This document shows positions 1-13,037 of a stretch of 64,000 bases of DNA, piece by piece; positions within the stretch are counted from its first letter, which is position 1; each line of letters starts with the position of its first letter. Source of the stretch: Mobula hypostoma (Eukaryota); contig NC_086097.1 of NCBI RefSeq assembly GCF_963921235.1, positions 9,672,001 to 9,736,000 of the forward strand. Direction: 5' to 3'. Below the pieces are notes generated by a model, which saw only the letters and a list, made by a program, of their open reading frames with translations, was not told the origin of the DNA and searched no databases. Both the position numbers and the translations under genes were made by a program.

Positions 1-583
1 GGAGTGTGACTAAACCATGGAAGTCAACATGGCCACAGATCTCTTAATGATAAAGCCATGGTACTCTGGCAAGTATTTCTCATTACCTCCCTTAGCAATA
101 TGGTTTAATAAGAAAGTCAAAGATGTTATATTGCAATCATAAAACTGCCAAGTTGATCCAAGGAAGAATGACCTATATCATTAAGGCCACTTTAGTATGG
201 TTAATGTCATAACATTTGAATATCTTTTGAACATGGTTTAAGCATTACTCAAATTTCTACATTTTAGTAAAATTATCTCTTCTCAATTATATGCTGTAAT
301 TTTTGATAACGTTCTTTGCCATCAATGTTTAATAGAAATTTGAACAAAAACTCATTTATTAAGATTTACTTGAACGATGATGTTTAAATGGAATTTTTTC
401 AATCTTTGGCGGAACTAAAGAGCTAGTCAGCTGGAGAGATATATTCTGAATATATTTTAATTCAATATTAACATAATTTTCTTTCCTGACATTTTTACCA
501 CTGCTTCTGAACAATTATCATATTATCTGCCTATAATCCAGTGAACCTACACATTGTTGTATGTCCTTTTCTCCCTATTTCAG

Positions 584-683
584 ATAAGTTGAATTGAAAA
601 ATTCTTTTTACCCGCATGGTGAAGAGATGACCTTTAATGAACAATTGCTTACAGCTATTTTTAAAATGAAATACAGAAAGAAG
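584..683 (+). pseudogene. Pseudo-exon of the plus-strand RGS-like gene
   Basis: Acceptor tgtccttttctccctatttcag and donor AAG|gtaatt. Reads *VELKNSFYPHGEEMTFNEQLLTAIFKMKYRKK. Confidence 0.6.
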
Positions 684-974
684 GTAATTTAAAGCTTGTA
701 TGCATGTCTCTGATGACATCAAACTCTAAAAGGTTAAATTGAATAGAGAGGTTCAAGGAACAGAGAAAGGATTTCAGCATTTCTTTTTAAATAGCCAATT
801 TTACTAAAAATGCAAAGAACAGGATCTGGAGTATGTCACAAAGCCCTTCAATTCTGTCTGCCATTCAGTGAAGTCAATGCAAGCCTCTTTCCTGTCCTCA
901 ATTTCTATTTAATTCCCATAGTCCTTGATTCTCCAAAAGGTTAAAACTCTACATGTGGTGTCTTTGAGTGGCAA

Positions 975-1830
975 ACCATATAGCATTCTTACTGGCAGCA
1001 TCACCATCTGGAACGGGTGGCTACTGCGCCGGATCGAAGTAAGCTGCAAAGAATTGTGAACTTAGTCAGCTCCATCGTGAGCACTAGCCTCAGTAGTATC
1101 CAGGACATCTTCAAGGAGCAATGCTTCAGAAAAGTGGCATTGATCATTAAGGACCCCCATCACATTTCTTCCAACCATTGTGTGAAACACAATAGTACAC
1201 ATAGCATGCACTACACACAATAAGAAAGTTAGGATAAAATCTACAGAAGAGTTATGCATAAATAAACAAATTAAAGTGCATAAGTTAAATATTTTGAGGT
1301 AGAGAGCAGATTACCCTTCGAATTCAATGAAGCAAAGACTCCAGAAGCCTAATGGCTCGGAGGAAGAAACTGTTTCCTATTTTGACCATTCTTGTTTTTA
1401 TGCATTGGTCTCTCCTGCCTGATGGTAGAAAGTCAAAGAGGATGCTGGATGGATGGATGGGATATTTAATAATACTAAGGGCCCCTGTGTATGCAGCGCT
1501 CCTGATAAATATCCTGATAGATGGTAGGGAGACTTCTATGATTCTTTCAGCTGTACTTGCAGTCCTTTGTTGAGATTTCCAGTTTGATGTTGGCTACTCC
1601 CATACCAGGCGGAGATGCAACTTGTCAGGACACTCTCAGTAGTGCTCCTGTAAAATTTAGTTTAGAAGGGGGAAGGGGAATCTCGCCTGCCTGAATCTCT
1701 TTTTGAAGTGGAGGTGTAGCTGTATCTACTTGCTCAGGGAGGTGACATTACGGGACCAGGTGAGCTCATTCATGGTGCGAACTTCTATAAACTCGCTGTA
1801 GTTAACTCACCCTACGGAGCCTTACTGATG
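975..1830. mobile_element. Two degraded Rex1/Babar-type LINE 3' fragments (+ ~975-1180, - ~1190-1830)
   Basis: RSKLQRIVNLVSSIV...IIKDPHH remnant in ORF 1017..1223, and an opposite-strand remnant with a LINE 3' tail. Confidence 0.55.
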
Positions 1831-2498
1831 ACACCAAAATCTTGCAAAACATTTTAAGAGTTTTTTTTTCACCGCCTGTAAAGCCCAGGGTTCAGTTTTA
1901 TTTTTTAAGGCAATTACTTGATAGTTACTTTAGAGTTCAGCTAAAATGCTCTTTCTTGTAACTTGTTTTGGAAAAATAACCCTAAATCTGTCAAGCCCAA
2001 GCTTCCTGAAGAATTCAGATTGTCACTGTACCCTGTCAGTTGATGTGTGCAAATGAATTATTAGATTCTCAAATCTGAGCTTCTAACTTTGCTTCTTGGA
2101 ACTTCAAGACAGTAATGCCATCTGCATTTAAAATAAACTGTATCCATTATAGCTCTGCATAGTTACCCAAGGGGTTGAAACATCTCTGTAGGAATGTATT
2201 CACTCTTGTCATTTTGAAACTTTCACCCTAATTTCTCTTTAACTCTTAAATTTATAATGAGCAAATTCTTCAAGTCGCAAATTCAAGTTAATCATAATGG
2301 CTAGCTTTTATTGTGTGGAAATCTTACATTCAGAACCAGAGATTTTCCAATAATCCTTAACATAAATGGGAATTGTGCACAAACATTGCAAGGTAACTCA
2401 CTGCATTGATTATTACAGAATATTTGTTTTTTTTAATTACAAGAAAGTAAACAAAATGTGCTTACAACTAAAAAAAAGGTTTATGTGTCTTTTTCCAG

Positions 2499-2926
2499 GA
2501 AGCTTGCAAATAATTTAGAAAAAAACGTTAAATTCCAAATGAATTAAAACTTTGACACTCATGCTATAGATAAAAGGGGAAAAAACGGAAGCCTCAGATT
2601 ATTCTCACTTCATGGATTTTTTAAGGTGACACTGCTTTGTCAAATAAGAGATCCTGCAACTTTATTTTGCATTAAATAATGCCAAATTTATCCCTTAGTT
2701 ACTTTCTATTTACTAGTATGAAATTAGTTTAGACAGAACAGAATTAATTCAAATCTCCTCCCAGCACAGATTTAACATCTAATGGCTCTTTCACTTCTTC
2801 CCTGTCACACGCTCTCTTCGATCTTCTCCTTGTGTGAATCAAAGAGAACTCAAAAGCTGACAACTCTCATATGCAACATTTTGAATCTCACAGATCACTG
2901 AAAAAAATTAAATCAGAAACAAAATA
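2499..2926 (+). pseudogene. Two pseudo-exons (2499-2625 and 2765-~2926) joined in phase 2
   Basis: Acceptors ttttccag and ctcctcccag, donor AG|gt at 2626. The joined reading is ...IKTLTLML*IKGEKTEASDYSHFMDFLSTDLTSNGSFTSSLSHALFDLLLV*IKE..., like RGS helices 3-4. Confidence 0.6.
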
Positions 2927-3081
2927 AGAGTTATACCAGCACTGCAACTTGACATATATTCATGTACAATTCCCGCAGATTTATTAAAGTTAAGGCTTTA
3001 AACTAAAGTGTTATTTTGTTATTGATCACACAATATGAACTGTACATTCAAACACCAACAAGTCAACTAGAACTCCAACAA

Positions 3082-3319
3082 CAGGAATTCTGCAGATGCT
3101 GGAAATTCAAGCAACATACATCAAAGTTGCTGGTGAACGCAGCAGGCCAAGCAGCATCTATAGGAAGAGGCGCAGTCGACGTTTCAGGCCGAGACCCTTC
3201 GTCAGGACTAACTGAAGGAAGTTAGTCCTGACGAAGGGTCTCGGCCTGAAACGTCGACTGCGCCTCTTCCTATAGATGCTGCTTGGCCTGCTGCGTTCAC
3301 CAACAACTTTGATGTATGT
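3082..3319. mobile_element. Penelope-like pLTR fold-back insertion with hammerhead ribozymes
   Basis: 100-bp inverted arms at 3114-3213 and 3220-3319 (one mismatch, 6-nt loop). 17-bp TSD aactagaactccaacaa at 3065-3081 and 3320-3336. Confidence 0.9.
3224..3259 (+). ncRNA. Minimal type I hammerhead ribozyme (mirror copy on the minus strand at 3174-3209)
   Basis: AGTC-CTGACGA-AGG(GTCTCGG)CCT-GAAA-C-GTC-GACT: stem I AGTC/GACT, conserved CUGANGA and GAAA cores, GUC cleavage triplet and a palindromic vestigial stem III. This is the type known from PLEs. Confidence 0.85.
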
Positions 3320-4866
3320 AACTAGAACTCCAACAAGCTTCCAAAGCCTTCTCATTTTCTAATCTCTGATCTATGACAGATGTTAAAGTGTATAACCCTT
3401 CCAATACATTCAATGTTGCCATGACTAAAAGACTTGCTCCCAGGAGCATTTCGTTTGCCTCCGAGAGGCTAATGCGTTGCAAGCGCTGCCGTCTTACCAC
3501 CTGATGTGGGAAGGATAAGGAACTTTCAATAATGCCGCTGTACCATTAGGAGATAACAGTACCGACAGCAGAGCAATAGATGAGGTTTACATGAACCTCA
3601 ATAAGGATTTCAATTAGGTCCCAATTGTGGAATGGCGGATTAAACTCCATGGGCTGAATGTCCTAATTCTGTTCCTATGACAAATCGCACAAATGGCAAG
3701 AAGAACATCAATTCCCAAACCCCCTCCCCTCCCCCCCGCTGTCATTTGCATGATTTGTTTTTTAGCACAGCTGCGATTTGATGTTTTCCTTTGAACAGCT
3801 TCGATGAATTTATTTTTGTTTCATGGCTGTCTGGAAAAGACGAATCTCAGAGTTGTATACAGCATACATTCTTTGATAATAAATGTACTGTGAACTTTGA
3901 ACTTTGGTCTTATGAACGAATGACCTAAAATGTTAGGCTCATAGATCCAGGGTTATTTGGCAATTTGAATCCAAAATTGGCTCAGCAATAGATGGTAGAG
4001 GGTAAGGGTACAGGATTTCGTTTTTGTAAATGGTTGCCTGTGACTAGTGATGTACCACAGGGGTTCCACAGGGATTGGTGCTGGGACTTTTGCTGTTAGT
4101 AATACTTTTAAATGACTTGGAAGTAGGTGGTATGATCAGTCAGTTCATAAGTGACACAAAGATTGTTGGATTGTTGAAAGTGGAGATGTAGTCTTAGGCC
4201 TCAGGATGATATGATGTGTTTGTGAAATCAAATCAAATCAAATTTAATTATCATGCTATGTTTTGTAAGTTCAAAACATTAATCTAATTCAAAGGATTTT
4301 GTATTTCATGGCGTATTTCGAAATATATAAATAAGTAGATCGAAGCAAGGAGAGGCAGGGATGAAATGCAAACCATAATAATAAAATCTATAATTTATAC
4401 TAAGAAGTAAATATAAATTTAAATGAGAAAGTGAATTTAAATATGCAGTACAAAAGGAGATAAAAGAAAGTAGTGAGGTAGTGCTCATGGGTTCAATGTC
4501 CATTCAGAAATCAGATGGCAGAGTGGAAGAAGCTGTTCCTGAATTATTGGGTCTGTGTCTTCAGGCTCCTGTACATTCTCCTTAATGGTAACAATTAGAA
4601 GACAGCATGTCCTGGGTGATGAAGGTCCTTAATGATGGATACCACCGAGCAAGCAACAGGCATTAACAGAGGTGGCAAACAATTGCTATGTTTAATACTG
4701 GCACATCCGTCGGGAGGGAATAGATGGATATGAATCACGTTCATGAATTTAATTTGACGATATGACCATTGTAGGCCAAACGGGCCATTTCTGTGCTTTT
4801 TTTTGTTCAATGTCTGAAACGTGATTCCACATGGTGCAGTGCAGATGTAAGCAGTTGGTGGATTGA

Positions 4867-5188
4867 TCAAGCCTCAGTAAAAAACATCCCACTGCCATAA
4901 TAATCCAAATCTCTACACCTGCTCCTGAGTACCCAGTATCACTGTTGGTAAATGAAATCTGTCACATAGTTTTCAAGAATCTTGATGGTGGTATGCAGCG
5001 CAACGTCTCGCCCAGCGCTCAGAGAGATGCCATCACACTTCTGGTAAGAATGCAAAATCCATGGAGAACTAAAATCGGTCAAGAATGAAATCCTTATTCC
5101 AGAATGCAGCAGGGAACCCATTGTCTGTTGTAAACGTTACAACAGAACATAAACTGAAAGGAAAACTTGAAGAACCTGCTTGTGCAAT
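4867..5188 (+). pseudogene. Pseudo-exon encoding the C-terminal half of an RGS-like domain
   Basis: SSLSKKHPTAIIIQISTPAPEYPVSLLVNEICHIVFKNLDGGMQRNVSPSAQRDAITLLVRMQNPW matches the RGS P..V.L...I...L......AQ..I..LL pattern. Frameshift near 5085, possible donor at 5189. Confidence 0.65.
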
Positions 5189-5299
5189 GTACGTTTTATT
5201 TTATTGTTTTATTTTCCATGACACTCTGCTGTGCAGCAATGTCACTATAATATTTCTTTGCCTGGATAAGAAGATCAATTAAGCTTGTTCAATCAGTCA

Positions 5300-5730
5300 A
5301 TCAATCAAGATTGTTTAATGTCATTTCCAGCACACAATTGTAAAGCAGAGCAAAATAATTATTACTTTGGATCTGATTTAGCACAAAAAAAACACAAGAA
5401 GATGAAGAACACAATGATAAACAAAACACAATAAATATAAATACATAGAATAACTTATATACATAGATTGATTGTATGTCCATAAAGTTTCAGTTGGTAG
5501 AGGAGTGTTTGTACATAAGGTGACTCTGACAGGAAATGATAAAGTAGTGATGGTGGCTCGGTAAGTGGAAGTGTTGATCAGACTTACTGCATTGGAAACG
5601 TAACTGTTTTTGAGTCTGGTGGTCCTGGTGTGGATGTTACGTAGTCTCCTCCCTGATGGGAGTGGAATAAACAGTCCATGAGCAGGGTGGATGATGCTAC
5701 TGATCATCTTCCGGCACCTTTCTGTATAGC
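5300..5730 (-). mobile_element. Rex1/Babar-type LINE 3' end
   Basis: ORF 5378..5764 HPAHGLFIPLPSGRRLRNIHTRTTRLKNSY plus a 3' tail. Related copies at 61850-62660 and 42640-43980. Confidence 0.7.
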
Positions 5731-6339
5731 CTCGTGCCGGAGAAGCATCAGGCAGCTTTGACAACCGGTGAACTCCAGTGTGGAGGAGTCAGTCCGCAAG
5801 ATGCAATTTAATATGTAATCTTCAGGAGAAAATCTTGATAACATCTTTTCGAATGCTGATGAAGTCGAGCCATTACCTCCATCAAAGCATTATTGTTGTG
5901 TTGAAGATGGAACATGAAACAGACCTACAGCAGGTAATTCATGGTCTTGTAGCAAGAGTGCAGGTGAAATTACCAAAATGGAGCATTACATCAATACATT
6001 GTCATGAGTGTGATTTTTAGATCATAGAGTAAGCAAGCATCAGAGAAGATTAGAGCAATTTGGAAGGTGCCACAGCTGAGAGTGTTGCACATCTGAATAG
6101 TCGCCAAGGTGAGTATTGTCTCATCCTTTTTACGAGTGGTGTTGGGGCTTTCTAAATAGTGTCATCAATTAAATGCATTCTATTAATATAATAGAAGATA
6201 AGTACTGATTGTACAATACTGTAATAATTTTATGTTTTTTCACTACTTATTTAATTTAACTCAATATAATGCACAGTTTTTTCTACATTATCATTTATTG
6301 CATTGTACTGCTGCCAGTAATATTAAAGCTGATTCTGAT

Positions 6340-6809
6340 TCTGCGCTATAATGCTGCCGCAAAAATAAACAACACATTTCATCTCGTATGTGAGTGATGA
6401 TAGATCTGATTCTGATATGGGTCTCTATAGTGGACTGAAAGTGGGAAGGGGACAGGGAGAGGGAAATCATGGTTGGGAAAAGGGGAAGGGAAGGAGGGAG
6501 CGGGAATCACCAGAGAGACATTCTGTAATGATCAATAAGTAAATTATTTGGAATCAAATAAATTAATTGGTGAGTCAGGGCTGGCTGTGTCTCCACCTGC
6601 GCCACTCCCCTGACCCTGGCATTCCTTCTCTGCAACTTCTCCCACATCTCTCCCGCAATGCCCCACCCTTGCCATCCCCAACATCTTTTGCTACTGCTTA
6701 ATTTACAAACTCACTCTCCCCTCCACTCCACATTGACAAATACAGTGCTGTGGAAAAGTCTTGGGCACCCTAGGTATATATATGTGCTGAAGACCTTTGC
6801 ACAGTACTA
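6340..6809. mobile_element. Partial copy of the composite Tc1-ended non-autonomous element
   Basis: Shared ~420-bp body plus a palindromic Tc1-TIR mini-element at 6743-6809. Confidence 0.7.
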
Positions 6810-6833
6810 TGCTTCCTGTATGCATTTTTATAG

Positions 6834-6997
6834 GAATTAAATCTGCTTTTGAAATTAGAGCAAAATATAGGATTAAACAGAATGAAGAATATTTGATTTT
6901 TTAAGAGTAGTTTGCAAGGAAACTGCAAAGAGAAGGAAGGAGATGGTGCTTGTATGCCTTTGGCATGACTTATTTGCAAGTGTTAAAGGGAAATGAG
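6834..6997 (+). pseudogene. Pseudo-exon encoding the N-terminal half of an RGS-like domain
   Basis: Acceptor gcatttttatag and donor GAG|gtacag. Reads IKSAFEIRAKYRIKQNEEYL/FFKSSLQ/...VCLWHDL with frameshifts. Confidence 0.6.
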
Positions 6998-7061
6998 GTA
7001 CAGGGACAGAATCGTATCAGAGGATGACAATTAACTTCATTTTACATCATACCTTTAACTA

Positions 7062-7861
7062 CCGTGGTTTCCAGTTAATTGGGAGATATTTTGACCCAAT
7101 TAGTCAGCTGTCCCAATTAGCTAAAGTTTCGTGGAAATACTGTAGCTAAGAAGGTATTTTTAAAAAAAGTCGAAGTGCCATTTAAGTGAGTAACAAATTA
7201 CATATTAAAATTAAATATAGAACAAATTAAAACACTGGCAATACAGTACTGTCAAAGTGTGTATGAGTTTCTAACAATTATTGACAGAGGAATTCATTCA
7301 GTGTACACTGCCATATTATTTTGATTGATTGTAAATGAAAATCAGCATTGACACCTGTGTAGATAAAGAACTGCCTTCATACAATGCTATCAATGATTCC
7401 ATTCTGCAAATCTTCATCTTCATTGTAACATTCAAGATGATTGTCAATACTTTCAAATTCTTTGTAGTTTCTAACTTGTTGAAGTAGTGAAATTATTTCA
7501 TTTTCACTCCTGGTCGTCTCTGGCATCTCCAAGCCTGAATGCTTGAAACCACAGTGAGCAAAGTAGTTCTGAATTTCTGCTAATTTCTCAATTAATGACT
7601 AAAATTAATGATTTTTGAACAGAAAAAAAACACCTGATGCTATTTGAAAACTTTGCTCTAAACATGGTGCAGTGTCTAATGGTCACACAAATGCATCAAA
7701 CTAATGCTAGTCTGCAACTGTTTCCCATCCCAATTAAATGGCATGGTGTCCCAAATAAGGAGCACCTGGCTATATTCCTTGATTAGATTTTGTTCTCTAA
7801 GAGTTGTCCCAATTATGCAGTTACTCCGATTAACGGATGGCCAATTAAATATAATCCATTG
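7062..7861 (-). mobile_element. Tigger/pogo-like DNA transposon, internally deleted
   Basis: Degenerate TIRs ccgtggtttccagttaattgg / ccaattaaatataatccattg, TA on both flanks, and an acidic transposase C-terminal remnant (EFESIDNHLECYNEDEDL). Confidence 0.7.
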
Positions 7862-8009
7862 TAATTCATGTCCTCTTATGCTAAATTATTTTAACATGAA
7901 TTTTTTTTGTATTTCGACAATAAAGAGTATTGAGTCACAGAATAGTACAGCACAGTACTTTTATTGTTATTAAAATGTATTACTATTATTAAACACAATT
8001 ACATAATTA

Positions 8010-9438
8010 CTCATCCCCTTCAAGTCAGTGTTTAGTGGATACAACTGTGGCAAGAATTACAGCCTTGAGTCTGTGCGGACAGGTCTCTATCAGCTTTGCG
8101 AATCTGGATACAGCAATCTTTCACATTCTTCTTTACCAAACTGCTCAAGCTCTGCCAGATTGCTTGAGGGATTGTTTGTGAACAGTACTTTTCAAGTCCA
8201 TCCACAAATTCTCAATTAGAACGGGAAGGTAGATTATTATCTAAATGGAGTCAAGTTCGAAAGGGGGAAGTACAACGAGATCTAGGTGTTCTTGTACATC
8301 AGTCACTGAAAGCAAGCATGCAGGTACAGCAGGTAGTGAAGAAAGCTAATGGCATGCTGGCCTTCATAACAAGGGGAATTGAGTATAGGAGCAAAGAGGT
8401 CCTTCTGCAGCTGTACAGGGCCCTGTTGAGACCACACCTGGAGTACTGTGTGCAGTTTTGGTCTCCAGATTTGAGGAAGGACATTCTTGTTATTGAGGGA
8501 GTGCAGCATAGGTTCATAAGGTTAATTCCCAGGATGGCAGGACTGTCATATGTTGAATGATTGGAGCGACTTGGGCTTGTATACACTGGAATTTAGAAGG
8601 ATGAGAGGGGATCTGATTGAAACATATAAGATTGTTAAGGGATTGGACATGGTGGAGGCAGGAAGCATGTTCCCGCTGATGGGTGAGTCCAGAACCAGAG
8701 GCTACAGATTAAGAATAAGGCGTAGGCCATTTAGAACGGAGTTGAGGAAAACCTTTTTCACCCAGAGAGTGGTGGATATGTGGAATGCTCTGCCCTGAAG
8801 GCAGTGGAGGCCAAGTCTCTGGATGCTTTCAAGAAAGAGATGGATAGAGCTCTTAAAGATAGCGGAATCAAAGGTTATGGGGATAAGGCAGGAACTGGAT
8901 ACTGATTGTGGATGATCAGCCATGATCACAGTGAATGACTCAAAGGGCCGAATGGCCTACTCCTGCACCTATTGTCTATTGATTGAGATCTTGACTCTGA
9001 CTTGGCCACTCCAGGACATTAAATTTGTTGTTTTTAAGCCATTCTTGTGTAGCTTTGGCTTTATGCCTGGGGTCATTTTCTTGCTGGAAGACAAATCTTC
9101 TCCCAAATCGCAGATCTCTTGCAGACTGCATCAGTTTTCCTCCAGGATTTCCCTGTATTTTGCTGCATTCATTTTACCCTCTATCTTCACAAACCTTCCA
9201 GAGTCTGCAGTAGTGTAGCATCTCCACAACATGGCACAGACACCACCATGCTTCACAGTAGGGATGGTATACTTTGATGATGTGCAGTGTTTGGCTTACT
9301 CCAAACATAGCATTTAGTCTGATGGCCAAAAAGCTCAATTTTGGTTTAATCAGACCATAGAACCTTCTTCCAGCTGACTTCAGAGTCTCTCACATGCCTT
9401 CAGGCAAACTCTAGCTGAGATGTGATGTGAGTTTTCTT
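8010..9438 (-). mobile_element. Tc1-family transposase remnant interrupted by CR1
   Basis: Minus strand carries Tc1 motifs ([25 protein letters not shown]). The sequence is continuous across the CR1 insertion at 8221-8980. Confidence 0.8.
8221..8980 (+). mobile_element. CR1 LINE, 5'-truncated, little diverged
   Basis: ORFs 8318..8560 and 8550..8798 (LYRALLRPHLEYCVQFWSP, RMRGDLIETYKI, FFTQRVVDMWNALP) and a CR1 3' tail. Confidence 0.95.
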
Positions 9439-9439
9439 C

Positions 9440-10460
9440 GGGACTGGGAAAAAAGAGATGAGAAGTCAGAGCAAGAAGACGAGGGGAGGGAATGAAGAAG
9501 TACAAAATAGTAGGTCATAGGTGAAACCAGATGAGGGGGAAGGGATGAAGCAAAGAGCTGGGAAGTTGATTGGTGGAATAAATAAAGGGCTGGAGAAGGG
9601 TGAATCCGATAAGAGAAGATCATGGACGAAGGGGAAGGAGGAGGAGCACCAGAGAGAGGTGATGGGCAGGTAAGGAGATAAGACGAGAGAGGGAAACAGC
9701 AATGGGGAATGTTGAGTGGGGAGGGTAATTACCAGAATTTCAAGAAGTCAGTGTTCATGCCATCAGGTTGGAGGCTACCCGTATAAGAAGTTGCTCCTCC
9801 AACCTAAATGTGGCCTCTTCACGGCAGTAGAGGAGGCCACGGACTGACATGTCAGAATGGGAATGGGAAGTAGAGTTGAAATGAGTGGCTATCAGGAGAT
9901 CTTGCTTTTTCTGGTGGACGGAGTGTAGGTGCTCAGTGAAACGGTCTCCCAATCTACATCAAGTTTCACTGATACACAGGAGGCCACACTGGGAGCACCG
10001 GACACATTAGATCAGTGGTCCACAACCTCCGGGTTCTGGACTGATACCGGACCGCGAAGAATGCAGGGGTGCAGCGGTGGCCGGGACGCACCCAGCACAT
10101 CTTTAAGAAAAAAGCCGAAATGAACGAGCTAATTAATTAGGTGCCGCCCGGCACGTAAATGTTGGCCCAGATCGGAGGCGATTGCCAATTGCGTTGCCTC
10201 TGATCTGGGTCGACATTTACGTGCCGGGTGGCACCTAATTAATTAGCTCGTTTATTTCGGCTTTTTTCTTAAAGATGTGCTGGGTGCGTTCCGGCCACCG
10301 CTGCACCCCTGCATTCCTCGCGGCAATGTGTCGGTTCGCGGCCCAGAGGTTGGGGACCACGGCAGTAGATGACCCCAACAGACTCGCAGGTGAAGTGCTG
10401 CCTCACCTGGAAGGACTGTTTGGGGCCCTGAATAGTAGTGAGGGAGGAGGTGTAAGGCGT
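9440..10460 (-). mobile_element. Penelope-like element fragment (GIY-YIG C-terminus plus part of the pLTR)
   Basis: ORF 9755..9952 GDRFTEHL...ATHFNSTSHSHSDM, homologous to 13856..14182. Confidence 0.85.
10013..10362. mobile_element. hAT (Buster/Charlie-type) palindromic MITE inserted in a PLE
   Basis: Ends cagtggtccacaacctc / gaggttggggaccacgg, nearly the whole 350 bp is an inverted repeat, and the 8-bp TSD cattagat/cagtagat fits nnnTAnnn. Confidence 0.9.
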
Positions 10461-11667
10461 GAGAGAGAGAAAAACAGAGGTGAATTGTTACTGGAAATTA
10501 GAAAAATCAGTGTTATTTTCTCAAGAGATGATTGAAATGAATTGAGCTGAACTGAATATGCCTGGACCCTTGATTTTGTGTTTTATATTCTGTGTTTTTG
10601 CTCATTCTTCTTCTTTGCTGTTTGCTTTTCTTTCCTGCAGGTTGGGGTAGAGAGGTTGGTGTTATTCTTTAAACTGGTTCCAGGGTTTTCTTTGTTTTGT
10701 GGCTAACTGTGGGGAGACAAATTTCAGGGTGTTCTATATCCTGCATACATGCCTTGATAATAAATGTACTTTGATTCAAGATTTCCAGCGTCTGCAGAGT
10801 CTCGCTTCTCCATTTTGCAAAGTTCACCTAGGGTCATAGAAAAGTACAGCGCAGAAACAGGCCCTTCAGCCCATCTAGCTGAACCATTTAAATTGCCTTG
10901 TCTCATCGAACTGCACCTGGACCATAGCCCTGCACGGCCCTCCCATTCTATTTTAATGAGCTCTGGTCTTTAAAAGTGCAACGGATCACTGAACACCCCA
11001 GATGATATTTTTGTACCCAATGCAAACACAAAAGGCAGGTATCACTGCAAATGCTCAGCAGGTCCAGCAGTGTCTGTGGAATGTTAATATTGCAGATCTG
11101 GGGCCCTTCATTCGATGAAAAGTGTGAATGTGTGTTAGGGTAGGTTGGATAAGTGCAACAAATGGGGGCTTAATGATTAAAATGGCCATGGTGAGCTGAC
11201 GGGCTTGTGTGGTGTATTTAGTATTTGAGAAATCTCATAAAGATGTTGTGGATTTAGCATTCTTGTTCATTTAAATAATTCACTCCAGGTTATATGTAAA
11301 AAATTATGAATTACATGTATCATAATGCTACGTACATGCCTCGCTTAAAGTAAACAGGAAGTTAGACTCACATTTTAGACTCCCATGTCTTCCTTTGATT
11401 TAGTTTAATGTTTTGAAGTTACAAAACATAACATTGGAGATGACAGATTTTTAAAATGATCCTGAGACGACTATTGACCAGAAGAAGTACAGTGGGATGT
11501 TCAAACTAAAAAACAATGAATGAAACAAGGAACAGCGAGTTAAAAAACAGCCCATCACATTCAGAGATGGACGTTAAGAAAAGCAGTGTAGCACATGTTC
11601 TTCAGAAGGGAAGACATGATTGAATATTTTTTAAAAAGTCAAAAAACAGAATAATTTATGGGTTCAC

Positions 11668-11892
11668 AAACAAGAGAAAATCTGCAGGTGCTGGAAATCC
11701 AAGCAACACACACAAAATGCTGGAGGAACTCTGCAGGCCAGGCAGCATCTATGGTAAAGAGTACAGTCGACATTTCGGGCTGAAACCTGCCTGAAGAGTC
11801 CTGCCAAAGGGTTTCGGCCTGAAGCCTCAACTGTACTCTTTTCCATAGTTGCTGCCTGGCCTGCTGACTTCCTTTAGCATTTTGTCTGTGTT
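11668..11892. mobile_element. Older PLE pLTR fold-back inside the Gypsy 5' region
   Basis: Imperfect inverted arms of pLTR sequence with degenerate hammerhead cores. Confidence 0.75.
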
Positions 11893-12378
11893 TCCCTATT
11901 TCACAGGTTCATAAAGAATGAGTATCAGGTGATAATAATCATTAAGGAAAAAACCAGGAATGGCAGGTTATGTCAGAATAATTGAACCGTTGATTACGAA
12001 AAAGATAACTGGAATATATATACTGAGCAAACTGAATAGTAAATTGAAGCAAGTGAAATAACCAATAAGAAACAAGTACCAATTTTGCAGAGTACATTGG
12101 GTTTAAAGGCATACAGTTTGCTTCAAAGTTTAACTCCTCCAACCAAACCATCAGAAATGAACTTAATGATATTGTAAAAGTAATGCAGAAACATTTTGAA
12201 GCAAAACCTAAAGCAGAATGCTTTAGGTTTCATAAGCGGAATCAAAAGGAACAGGAGTCCACTTCAGCATATGTGGCTGAATTAAAGAGATCATCTGAGC
12301 ATTGTGATGGCCTTAAATATCTACTGAGAGATCGTTTAGTTGTTGGAATCTTACAAGAAAGCGTTCAAAAATGGCTCC

Positions 12379-13037
12379 TCAAAGCTGCTGTGCAGGTTGA
12401 CAGTGTGTTAAGAAGGTGTGTGGTGTGTTAGCATTCATCAACCGTAGGATTGAGTCCAAGAGCTGTGAGGTAATGTTACAGCTATATAGGACCTCGGTCA
12501 GGCTCTATTTGGAGTACTGTGTTCAGTTCTGGTCACCTCGCTACAGGAAGGAAGTGGAGGACGTATCTTATGAGAATAGGCTGACTGTACTTGGCCTTTT
12601 CTCCTTGGAGCGACAGACGATGAGATGTGACCTGATAGATGTGTATAAGATGATGAGGGACATTGATCATTGATCATGTGGATAGCCAGAGACCTTTTCC
12701 CAGGCTAAAATGGCTAACGGTGGGGGGCGGGGGGCATAGTTTTAAGATGCTTGGATATAGGTACCGAGGGTATGTCAGGGGTAAGTTTTTCCACACAGAC
12801 AGTGGTGGGTGTGCGGAATGCACTGCTGGTGTTGGTGGTGAAAGCAGATACAATACGGTCTTTAAGATCCTCTTAGGTAGGTACATGGAGCTTAGAAAAT
12901 TAGAGGGCAATGTGCTAGGGAAATTCTAGGCAGTTTCTAGAGTAGGTTACATGGTCGGCACAACATTGTGGGCCGACGGGCCTGTAATGTGCTGCAGGTT
13001 TCTAAGTTCTATGTTCTATGTTTGATGTTCTATGTTC
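12379..13037 (+). mobile_element. CR1 LINE 3' fragment inserted in Gypsy gag
   Basis: LEYCVQFWSP in ORF 12416..12673 and a (ttctatg)n tail. Gag resumes after it. Confidence 0.9.

Noticed and set aside
2745..2897. Minus-strand exon-like block (ttttttcag acceptor, IHTRRRSKRACDREEVKEPL)
   Set aside because: All three frames close soon after the acceptor. The plus-strand reading joins in phase with exon 2499-2625 and fits the RGS pattern better.
3082..3319. Retrozyme or circular-RNA replicon interpretation of the hammerhead pair
   Set aside because: The two ribozymes are inverted, not tandem on one strand, so they cannot excise a unit-length RNA.
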